Shown: positions 47,978 through 56,605 of the stretch, one piece after another
How the letters are laid out: each line of letters opens with the position of its first letter
Numbering within the stretch: the first letter of the stretch is position 1
Source: Bacteroidia bacterium
GTDB lineage: Bacteria; Bacteroidota; Bacteroidia; M30B66
Length of the DNA: 64,000 bases
Direction of reading: 5' to 3'
NCBI GenBank assembly: GCA_965279035.1
Contig: OZ257142.1
Location: forward strand, 1,760,001-1,824,000
Notes under the pieces: model-generated
The model's database searches: none
What the model was told of the DNA's origin: nothing
What the model saw: the letters and a program-made list of their open reading frames with translations, nothing else
Position numbers and translations under genes: made by a program

Positions 47978-49447
47978 ATGAGAGAAATAGTTCAATCGAA
48001 GTATCGTAAACTATTGCTGTTAGGATTGCTTGTGTATATTCTAACAGCGGTTTTTAGTATTGGATATTTTCATCCAGATGAGCATTTTCAAATTCTGGAA
48101 TTTTGTCAGTATAAATTAGGGAAATCTCCCCTGAGCGATTTACCTTGGGAATACAACGAACACATGCGTCCCGCTTTGCAGCCAAGCATGGTTTTTATTC
48201 TTATTAAATTCCTACAACTCTTCCAGCTTCAAAATCCATTTTACATAGCTAGTATTTTACGATTATTAAGTGGGATTTTAACTTGGTTTGTCACTTCTAT
48301 TTTAGCAATACAGCTCCTATCTAATTTTAAAACAGAAAAGGGAAAACGAAAATTTCTTTTAGCTACTTATTTCCTGTGGTTTATTCCTTTTTTAAGTGTT
48401 CGATTTTCTTCCGAAAATTTTGCAGCCATTTTCCTGCTTGCTTCCTTGATTGTTTTTTTTAGAATTTCCCCCAATAGTAAATCGTATGTCAACTATGTAT
48501 GGGTAGGAATTTTATTGGGACTTTCTTTTTTCTTTCGATTTCAAATGGGCTTCGCCCTTCTTGGAATTGCCGCCTGGTTGCTATTCATACGACAATTAGC
48601 ATTTCGAAGTATACTTATCATTGCCATCGGTGGAGTATTATCCATAGCCTTTGGAACACTCGTCGATCGTTGGTTTTATGGCGAATGGGTGTGCACTCCT
48701 TATCAGTATTTCTTTGCCAATATCATTCAAAATAAAGCAGCCAAATTTGGGACAGAACCAATCTGGTATTATTTCAATTCCTTTTTTATTTCAGCCATTC
48801 CACCCATTAGCATTTTGCTTTTTATATTCTTATGCATTGGTTCTAAAAACAATAAAAAGGATATATTTTTATGGATACTCATTCCATTTGTCCTTGCGCA
48901 TTCGCTTGTTGCTCATAAAGAAATGCGTTTTTTATTTCCTCTCATTTTTGGATTTATTTATTTAAGTGCATTGGGTTTAGATTCTATTTATCACCAATCG
49001 AAACATCTCAAATGGTGGAAATTATTTTTGCGCTTAGTGCTGATAATTAATATTCCAATTCTCTGCATTCGTTGCCTGATGCCCGCTAACGAATCCGTTG
49101 CGTATTATCGCTATATGTACAATCAGTATAACGAAAAACCAATAACCATTTTGAGTAGAGAAAAGGAACTCTATTTCTTGAAAACGAATTTCTATAAAAC
49201 TCCCGGTGTACACTCTCTCCAACTCGAAAATGATACTGCTATACGAGCCTTTTTATTGGAGAAAAATCCCAAATCAATCCTCCTGTTTGAATCCGAATTG
49301 AAAAATGGAACAATTCAATATCCCGGCTATAAACGCGAATTAAACTTTTGCTTATTTCCGCAATGGATTCTCGATAATAATCTAAATAATTGGCAAAGCA
49401 GATCGCGCATTTGGAGCATTTGGGAATTGAAAAGAATAGAGGATTGA
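47978..49447 (+). CDS. Alg9/PIG-B-like (GT22, GT-C fold) membrane glycosyltransferase
   Basis: HPDEHFQILE, PWEY...R, and HKEMRFLFP motifs; polytopic membrane protein. Confidence 0.8.
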   Translation: MREIVQSKYRKLLLLGLLVYILTAVFSIGYFHPDEHFQILEFCQYKLGKSPLSDLPWEYNEHMRPALQPSMVFILIKFLQLFQLQNPFYIASILRLLSGILTWFVTSILAIQLLSNFKTEKGKRKFLLATYFLWFIPFLSVRFSSENFAAIFLLASLIVFFRISPNSKSYVNYVWVGILLGLSFFFRFQMGFALLGIAAWLLFIRQLAFRSILIIAIGGVLSIAFGTLVDRWFYGEWVCTPYQYFFANIIQNKAAKFGTEPIWYYFNSFFISAIPPISILLFIFLCIGSKNNKKDIFLWILIPFVLAHSLVAHKEMRFLFPLIFGFIYLSALGLDSIYHQSKHLKWWKLFLRLVLIINIPILCIRCLMPANESVAYYRYMYNQYNEKPITILSREKELYFLKTNFYKTPGVHSLQLENDTAIRAFLLEKNPKSILLFESELKNGTIQYPGYKRELNFCLFPQWILDNNLNNWQSRSRIWSIWELKRIED

Positions 49448-49544
49448 ACACGTGAAGGGTTAAAATTATCCTCACATAATAATTATAATTAAACCCAATA
49501 TTCAATGATAGTGTTAAGCTTTATTATTAGAAGATTAAATTATT

Positions 49545-50660
49545 AATTAGGTTTAGAATTGAAACGGATCTTGCGATATTAGCATCTAGGCTGAAACCTC
49601 ACCCCCGGCCTCTCTCCACCGGGAGAGGGGAGTTTATTAAGGTACTTTTGCTGGTCTGCTTCTAAGTGTTTCGCATTTGAAAATTCAATTTCTATTACAG
49701 TTGAATGATTTACAGTAAATTGAATCTAGCTCAAAAAGTAGGATGTAAACACGGATTTAGTGCGCTAGCCTGTCTGGGCGGCGAGGCAGCGTTTCGCCAT
49801 TCCTTAGAAAAATATAGCTCTTAGCACATAGGGCGAAAAAAGGCTTTGCGCGCTGAAGCATCGTCCAGACTTGAATTTCTTTGCATGCACGCTGAGCTTG
49901 TCGAAGCGTGTTTCAAGACAAGAAAGTACCACGTCGTAGACATTCATGTACAGCCCAAAAGAAAACTGAATCTCGAATTTCCCAGAATGATTATTAATAT
50001 TTAAATGTAAACACGGATCTAATTCGATAGGAGACCTCACCCCCAGCCCCTCTCCTTCCCGTAGGGACCACTAAGTGGCAGGAGAGGGGAGTTTGTTACG
50101 TTACTTGTGCTGTTCAGAATGAGCGGTCAGACTGCACTTCTCATTTTTAGAAAAATTCAATTCTAATACAGTTAAATGATTTTATTAAATAGAATCTAGC
50201 TCAAATTGTAGGATGCAAACACGTATCAAGTGCGCTGGCCTGTCTGGGCGGCGAGGCAGCGTTTCGCCATTCCTTAGAAAAATATAGCTCTTAGCACAAT
50301 GGGCGAAAGAAGGCATTGTGCGCAAGCAGCATCGTCCAGACTTGAACTTCTTTATTCGTAAGTGTTTATTTTATAAAGGAACTCATGAGGGCTTCGCCGT
50401 TGCTTCCTTTCTTGTATCAAGACAAGAAAGGAAGACGTCGTAGACATTCATGTAATGACTCAAAAGAAAACTAAATTTCGAATTTCAATGAATGTTTATT
50501 GATACTAAAATGCAAAATCGAATCTTTGCAATTGCCCGTCATGCCGGTGAGGAAGTATCTTCAAGACTTGTGAATGTAAGTTGAAATTTTTCGAAGAGTT
50601 TATAAAAGCATATTTCAAGACAAGAAAGGAATACGTCTTAGACAAACATGAATGATTAAT
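49545..50660 (-). repeat. Tandem array of three modular repeat units (about 49545-49950, 50010-50455 and degenerate 50520-50660)
   Basis: Reverse-complement homologues of 30637-31010 with similar linkers (gaaattcga.att.agttttcttttg) between units. Confidence 0.88.
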
Positions 50661-50722
50661 TGAAATAAAGCTGCCAAAGGTTTATTTTATCAATATCATA
50701 TAGAATTTCAAAAGCAAACAGT

Positions 50723-51265
50723 TTAATTAACCTCAATTAATTTCATTAACTCTGATTCCTGTCTTTTAAGCATTTCTAACTCATGTTTCCACTTGAAATA
50801 CAGTTTTGAAGCATTGGGCATTTCATATTTCTTCACTTCTTTTTTCTTTAATCTTAAAACGAGATTTCTCGCTTCTATTGGTTCTATTGTATTTCGACTT
50901 AATACTTCAATGGCTGTTTCTAATCGATATTTATAATCCCAGGTTTTTTCTAGTTTCTCAATCTTTTTTTCAATGGAATAAATAGTATGTTTTATTCTTC
51001 CTAATAATTTCTTTATTTCTAATTCATTTAAATCAGGTAGTGCTTTCTTTTCTAAATGCCATGCAGGATTTTCTTTCTCATGTTTTTGATACAAATCTAT
51101 TATTGAATAATATTTATGCTTCGCTGAATCACTTAAAGTATATTTATTCCGATCGTTTCTCGCAATTACACTTCGAGCTACTTCAATTAACATAGCTAAT
51201 TCATGTTGTTTTAGCCCCAGTGTTTCACGTTGAACTTTTCTTTCATAAGGTATACGGTCTTTCAT
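50723..51265 (-). CDS. XRE-like helix-turn-helix protein with coiled-coil C-terminus
   Basis: RETLGLKQHELAMLIEVARSVIAR HTH pattern; K/E-rich helices. Confidence 0.65.
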   Translation of the reverse strand: MKDRIPYERKVQRETLGLKQHELAMLIEVARSVIARNDRNKYTLSDSAKHKYYSIIDLYQKHEKENPAWHLEKKALPDLNELEIKKLLGRIKHTIYSIEKKIEKLEKTWDYKYRLETAIEVLSRNTIEPIEARNLVLRLKKKEVKKYEMPNASKLYFKWKHELEMLKRQESELMKLIEVN

Positions 51266-51297
51266 AATCTATTTTTAAATGAAATTAAGGAATGCTT

Positions 51298-51413
51298 GGA
51301 ACATTTCAAAAGAATGGATTCAAGATGTTCTAATGAAAGAACATTTATTAATGATATCGTTCAGAATGTTCTGAATTTGGAACATTTTATATTTGTAATT
51401 ACTGGAATGTTCT
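51298..51413. promoter_or_regulatory. Phased array of three GAACAT-N20/21-ATGTTC inverted repeats (candidate operators)
   Basis: GAACAT at 51299, 51339, 51380; ATGTTC at 51325, 51366, 51407; between divergent HTH and TonB genes. Confidence 0.6.
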
Positions 51414-51511
51414 AATTGTAATCGTTATTGATAGTGTATCTTATAAAAATCATTGTTTCGAAAACATTTTTCGAAGCCGTATGTTTGAAGCGGCAAATCT
51501 TTCTTCAATAT

Positions 51512-53962
51512 ATGTTAATACGTGCTACACTTCTTTTACTTTTTCTAATTTCAACCACCACATTTGCCCAAAACACCGGCTCTATTCAAGGAACCGTGAA
51601 AGATAAAAACACTCAGGAAACTCTCGTTGGAGCTACGATCCAATTAGAAAATACCACCTTGGGTGTGAATACCGATATTGATGGAAACTTCAAACTCAGC
51701 AACATTCCGGTGGGTAGTTATGCCGTTAAAGCAACGCTTGTTGGATATAAACCACTTACCAAATTCAACATCAATATCACTTCTGGAAACGCCATCGTGC
51801 TCAGCTTTGAACTCGAATCTTCATCAACCGATCTCAAAGAAGTTGAAATAACTTTCGATAAAAATCGCTCTGCTGCAGCTGTCGATATGGTTACTCCTTT
51901 ATCTGTTCAAACGCTCACTACCGAAGAAATTCGTAGCAATCCGGGTGGGAATTTTGATATATCTAAAGTAGTGCAAGTATTACCCGGCGTAGCTGGTGCT
52001 GCAGGTGCCTCGTTTCGTAACGACATTATCATTCGTGGTGGCGCTCCTAACGAAAATGTATATTATCTCGATGGCATCGAAATTCCAGTCCTAAACCACT
52101 TTCAAACACAAGGGAGTTCTGGTGGTCCTGCAGGTATGTTAAATGTGTCGTTCATTGAAGATGTAAAACTCAGCTCCTCTGCATTCGACGCGCGTTTTGA
52201 TAATGCAATGGCTTCTGTTTTTCAATTCAAACAACGTCAAGGAAACCAAGACCGCATCTCCGGAAACGTGCGAACCAGCTCAACCGAAGTGGCAACTACA
52301 CTCGAAGGTCCCATTAATAAGAAAACCAATTTCCTCGTTTCAGGGCGACGTTCGTATTTGCAGCTTTTATTCAAAGCCATCGACTTACCCATTCGTCCCA
52401 ATTACTGGGATTTTCAATACAAAGTCACGCATAAAATCAACGATAAAACTACACTCACGGCTTTGGGAATTGGTGCAATAGACCAGTTTTCATTGGCTGT
52501 TCCGCGCAAATCGACACCCGATAATACCTATATTTTAAATGCTACACCAACCATCAATCAATGGAATTACACGGTTGGTTTTGGTGTAAAACGATTGATA
52601 AAACATGGATTTATCAATATAACGGCAAGTCGGAATATGTTTAATAATAACATCGACCGATTTGAGAATAAACAAGATGGCGATGAGAGCAAACGCATTT
52701 TAAAAATTCGTTCTCAGGAAATTGAAAATAAATTCCGATTCGATGTCAATACCTTTAAAAACGGATGGAAGATATCTTATGGTGTGATGTTGCAGTACGT
52801 GAAATTCAATAATGAATTATACAATCGTTTAGTTAAACAGCAACAAATAATCAATCCGCAATCGGGCGATACGATTACAGTTCCACAAGTTTTATTGCAG
52901 TATAATTCGAATATTGAATTCTTTAAATACGGTGCATTTGGACAAATTTCTAAACGCTTTTTTAAAGAGAAATTCTTGGTCAGCGCCGGATTAAGAACCG
53001 ACATGAATTCCTTTACCAGCACTGGAAATAATCCTGGAAAAACACTTTCGCCGCGTGTGTCAATCTCATGGAATTTCCTTCCTAAATGGAATTTAAATGC
53101 ATCAGTTGGGACCTATTATAAAATTCCAACTTACACCGTTTTAGGATTCCGCGATTCGTTGAATGTTACGGTAAATGCAGGTTCTAGCTATATTCGATCA
53201 ACGCATTATGTTACAGGATTTGAGTATTTACCGAAGGAAGATTTACGTTTTACACTCGAAGGATTTTATAAGAAATATTCGAACTATCCGGTGTCGTTGC
53301 GTGATGGTATTTCGTTGGCTAATCAAGGTGGTGGTTTCGATGTACTCGGAAATGAGCCTGTTACCAGCATTGGCGGTGGCGAAACCTATGGATTAGAATT
53401 TTATGTGCAACAAAAATTGACCAAGAAAACCTTTGCTGTATTAAGCTACACGCTAGTACGTTCGCGCTTTTCAGGGACCAATGGGAAATTAATTTCTTCG
53501 GCTTGGGATTATCGCAATTTATTTTCGGCATTAGTAGGTCGCAAATTCAAACGTGGTTGGGAAGTGGGAATTAAATATCGTTTCGCGGGTGGAGCGCCTT
53601 ACACGCCTTTCGATATGCCTGCATCGCAATTAAATTTCGCTACTACGGGTACTGGAATTTTAAATTACTCTCAACTCAATACTTTACGATTAATCAACTT
53701 TAATCAGTTCGATATCCGTATCGATAAGAAGATTTATTTCAAGCGCGCCACACTCGATTTATACATGGATGTGACCAATGCTGCCGGTTTTGCGAATCCT
53801 TCTTTGCCTAATTATTCTTTCAAACGTAACGCTGATAATTCGGGCTTCGAAACCACCGATGGTCAAGCATTGAAGCAAGATGGCTCGAATGGAATTCCAG
53901 TTTTATTGCAAGATCAATCGGCTTTAGTAACTCCTTCGATCGGCTTTATTTTCGAATTTTAA
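51512..53962 (+). CDS. TonB-dependent receptor with N-terminal carboxypeptidase-regulatory-like domain
   Basis: GSIQGTVKD..TQETLVGA, LPGV, RNDIIIRGG..ENVYYLDG; C-terminal GFIFEF; ATG at 51512. Confidence 0.93.
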   Translation: MLIRATLLLLFLISTTTFAQNTGSIQGTVKDKNTQETLVGATIQLENTTLGVNTDIDGNFKLSNIPVGSYAVKATLVGYKPLTKFNINITSGNAIVLSFELESSSTDLKEVEITFDKNRSAAAVDMVTPLSVQTLTTEEIRSNPGGNFDISKVVQVLPGVAGAAGASFRNDIIIRGGAPNENVYYLDGIEIPVLNHFQTQGSSGGPAGMLNVSFIEDVKLSSSAFDARFDNAMASVFQFKQRQGNQDRISGNVRTSSTEVATTLEGPINKKTNFLVSGRRSYLQLLFKAIDLPIRPNYWDFQYKVTHKINDKTTLTALGIGAIDQFSLAVPRKSTPDNTYILNATPTINQWNYTVGFGVKRLIKHGFINITASRNMFNNNIDRFENKQDGDESKRILKIRSQEIENKFRFDVNTFKNGWKISYGVMLQYVKFNNELYNRLVKQQQIINPQSGDTITVPQVLLQYNSNIEFFKYGAFGQISKRFFKEKFLVSAGLRTDMNSFTSTGNNPGKTLSPRVSISWNFLPKWNLNASVGTYYKIPTYTVLGFRDSLNVTVNAGSSYIRSTHYVTGFEYLPKEDLRFTLEGFYKKYSNYPVSLRDGISLANQGGGFDVLGNEPVTSIGGGETYGLEFYVQQKLTKKTFAVLSYTLVRSRFSGTNGKLISSAWDYRNLFSALVGRKFKRGWEVGIKYRFAGGAPYTPFDMPASQLNFATTGTGILNYSQLNTLRLINFNQFDIRIDKKIYFKRATLDLYMDVTNAAGFANPSLPNYSFKRNADNSGFETTDGQALKQDGSNGIPVLLQDQSALVTPSIGFIFEF

Positions 53963-53994
53963 ATTCATAAACGCATTTTCTATCTTACCAAAAA

Positions 53995-54103
53995 GCGGCA
54001 GGGGTTGCCCATAGGGACAGGCATGGAAAGCCCGATTGCGCCATTAGTGTGTGTGCCGGTACCGAAAGCTTTCGGTATGGTAGGAAAGCCGTTTGTCCGC
54101 CCA
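53995..54103 (-). ncRNA. Second Flavo-1-like structured RNA / intergenic repeat (candidate) containing a palindromic insert
   Basis: Minus strand tgggcgg...tcgggctttcc...gcaacccctgccgc; palindrome taccgaaagctttcggta at 54060-54077; between convergent genes. Confidence 0.45.
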
Positions 54104-54109
54104 AATAAA

Positions 54110-54150
54110 TCGACATCGTATATCGTATATCGTATTCCGTATATCGTAGT
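54110..54150. repeat. Heptamer tandem repeat (TCGTATA-type, about 6 units)
   Basis: tcgaca tcgtata tcgtata tcgtatt ccgtata tcgtagt. Confidence 0.85.
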
Positions 54151-54156
54151 TCTATA

Positions 54157-55104
54157 TTAAAACAAGTCTTCAGTCCAACGCATCGACGGGCGTTTTTCAT
54201 TGAGTTTTCCTAGAATAAAACCAAGCGTGAATTCATGTGCACCGCCAGTTCTATTAGTTAAATGAGAAATTGTGTAATCGTATGAATAAGCTGCGGAAAA
54301 GTGTTTTCCGGTATAGCCAAGCATTCCAATGACTGCATCTCCTTTTCGAATGGCACAACCAGCTTTCCATTTTCCATAGCGATACGAAATGCTTGGTAAC
54401 AGCTGGTGAAATTTTTGTTCTTTTATATAAAGCATGTTAATATAAAGCCCGCTAATACGTTTACCTTCATGTTGAAAAATGCGCAATGAAGCATGAGCAG
54501 TATGGCGAATGGGAAGGCGCGAATCTGAAGTGAAACTGATATTCGGTTGATTTATGTTTGCTGCTGAATAACCAATTAAATATCGTTTTGCATGTATCAC
54601 AAGTCCAGCATTTAGCAAAGCATAATGTACAATTGGATTTGAAATAGTTTCAGTTGAACTGTAGATAAAACCAGTGTGCGAGTCAATTTGATCACCAAAT
54701 ATGAGTTTTGAGAAATCAATCTTTTTTGTTGCAATGGATGCCGATACTCCAAACCGAATACTTAAGCTTTTGTAAATCTTAAATGAGCGGGCGAGACCAA
54801 TTCCAATGTTATTCGAAATGAGTGATCCACTTCCAGCATTATCATACGTACAAAATGTCCCTAAATCAATGGGTAATTTCGCAAAACTGAAATCAGCTGC
54901 AATGTTGGTTGTATAAAACGAACCCGGTATAGAAGGCCATTGAATGCGCTGAGCTGCTTGAATACGAATAGCTCCGCTGCTTCCTGTAAAAGCTGGATTG
55001 GTATATGTCGCAGTTCCATTATACTGTGTAAATGCTGGGTCTTGCGCATGTAGAATGGGTGTTATTAAAAGAAATATACCCAATAATTTAAACGATGTTC
55101 TCAT
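54157..55104 (-). CDS. PorP/SprF-family type IX secretion membrane protein
   Basis: AQDPAFTQY...NPAFTG, R.QW, FGDQID, YSYDYTIS.L....GGAHE. Confidence 0.92.
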   Translation of the reverse strand: MRTSFKLLGIFLLITPILHAQDPAFTQYNGTATYTNPAFTGSSGAIRIQAAQRIQWPSIPGSFYTTNIAADFSFAKLPIDLGTFCTYDNAGSGSLISNNIGIGLARSFKIYKSLSIRFGVSASIATKKIDFSKLIFGDQIDSHTGFIYSSTETISNPIVHYALLNAGLVIHAKRYLIGYSAANINQPNISFTSDSRLPIRHTAHASLRIFQHEGKRISGLYINMLYIKEQKFHQLLPSISYRYGKWKAGCAIRKGDAVIGMLGYTGKHFSAAYSYDYTISHLTNRTGGAHEFTLGFILGKLNEKRPSMRWTEDLF

Positions 55105-55179
55105 AGATATTTTAGTAAAACTGTTTTCTAATTTGAATTCAATAAAAGAAATATTTTCGAATGAATGAATTATTTTCTC

Positions 55180-55209
55180 AATCCTAATTCCTAATTGTCA
55201 ATTCGTAAT
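55180..55209. repeat. Degenerate heptamer repeat at the IS4-A insertion site
   Basis: aatccta attccta attgtca attcgta at; further units attacaa attcgta at 56605-56618. Confidence 0.7.
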
Positions 55210-56604
55210 CAGTACTGTCCGGTTAAAGTTTAAATCAGAAAAAAGGAGCGACCATTTCGATCACTCCTTTTGTGATTATTTTTGAGTTACGACACACCAA
55301 AATAATCATGAGTAAAAGTAAATATTTTACCGGACAGCCGATTTACAGTCAACTCCTTTCTTATCTGCCTCAGACGAAAGTAAAGAACATAGCTGATGAG
55401 CATAACGCTGATAGGTATTATAAGAACTTCAGGACTTATACGCACCTAGTAACGATGCTTTACGCAATCTTTAATCGGTGTACAGGTATCCGAGAAGTGA
55501 CCTCAGGCCTACTTGCCTGGGAAGGCAGGATACAGCATTTAGGAATCAACTACTTTCCCAGAAGGAGCACGATTTCAGATGCAAATACCAGTCGACCAGC
55601 CGATGTCTTTGAAGATATTTACTACTGGCTTTATGACCGATACAAGCATTTTTTACCGGACAGCCGAAGTAAAATCGCATCCCGGCTTTATATTGTTGAC
55701 TCGACAACGATTCAGTTGTTTCAGGAAGTTTTGAAAAATGCCGGTCGTAATCCCGCCGATGGTAAGCGCAAAGGCGGTATTAAGGTGCATACTTTAATGA
55801 GGAGTGATCAAGACGTGCCTTGCTTGATAAGGTTCTCTGCTGGAGCTGGAGCCGACAGCCCATTTCTGCAGAACATACACCTGCAACGTGGGTCCATTGT
55901 GGTGTTTGATCGTGGTTATAATGATTACAAGCAATACAACCGTTTCTCGGAAGAAAATGTCACATGGGTGACCCGATTACGAAACAACACCGTGATCAAA
56001 GTCCTGCGGGAAAAGAAAATTTCAGACAAGGAAAAGCAGAACGGAATTTTGCTCGACCAGATTATAGAAATGGGCCACACCAAGCACAATAACAATACAC
56101 GAGTGAAGGCACGTCTTATAAAATATGAGGACAAAAAATCGAAGAGGATATTTGAATTCATAACCAATAACAATCAATTCAAACCCTCCTCAATCGCACT
56201 GTTTTATAAAAATCGTTGGCAGATCGAATCGCTATTTAAGCGTATCAAACAGAACTATCCGATGCAAAGCTTCCTTGGAGAGAGCGAAAATGCGATCAAA
56301 ATCCAAATCTGGTGTGCCCTGATCGCTGACCTTGTCTTAAAAATTGTCAAAGCAAGAGCTGGTAAAAACTGGTCGTTTTCAAATCTTGCAGCCATGGTCA
56401 GGCTACATTTGATGACCTATATCAACCTTTTTGAATTCCTCATCAATCCTGAAAAATCGCTAATTAGAAATCAAATTAAATCCTTTCAACTGCCATTGTT
56501 CCCTCCATAGGGGGCTTTATTTTAAATAAATACCATCAACACCCGCATTTACTGCAACTACAGAAGGTAAATCATGCAATCTCAATTTTAACCGGACAGT
56601 ACTG
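55210..56604 (+). mobile_element. IS4-family element A, copy 2 (1395 bp), inverted relative to copy 1
   Basis: Same IRs as copy 1; flanks attcgtaat / attacaaat do not form a direct repeat. Confidence 0.95.
55308..56510 (+). CDS. IS4-family DDE transposase
   Basis: Same protein as copy 1 apart from a D/N change (KVKD/NIAD). Confidence 0.95.
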   Translation: MSKSKYFTGQPIYSQLLSYLPQTKVKNIADEHNADRYYKNFRTYTHLVTMLYAIFNRCTGIREVTSGLLAWEGRIQHLGINYFPRRSTISDANTSRPADVFEDIYYWLYDRYKHFLPDSRSKIASRLYIVDSTTIQLFQEVLKNAGRNPADGKRKGGIKVHTLMRSDQDVPCLIRFSAGAGADSPFLQNIHLQRGSIVVFDRGYNDYKQYNRFSEENVTWVTRLRNNTVIKVLREKKISDKEKQNGILLDQIIEMGHTKHNNNTRVKARLIKYEDKKSKRIFEFITNNNQFKPSSIALFYKNRWQIESLFKRIKQNYPMQSFLGESENAIKIQIWCALIADLVLKIVKARAGKNWSFSNLAAMVRLHLMTYINLFEFLINPEKSLIRNQIKSFQLPLFPP

Positions 56605-56605
56605 A

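Noticed and set aside
51230-51415. 61-aa ORF with EHF/NVL-like periodicity
   Set aside because: The periodicity comes from the GAACAT/ATGTTC DNA array; it overlaps the HTH gene start on the opposite strand
6939-56604. Inversion of the ~47-kb segment between the inverted IS4-A copies
   Set aside because: Copy 1 retains a matched 9-bp duplication and no reciprocal flank swap is demonstrable; shared target 9-mers make the test weak, so it is unsupported rather than excluded
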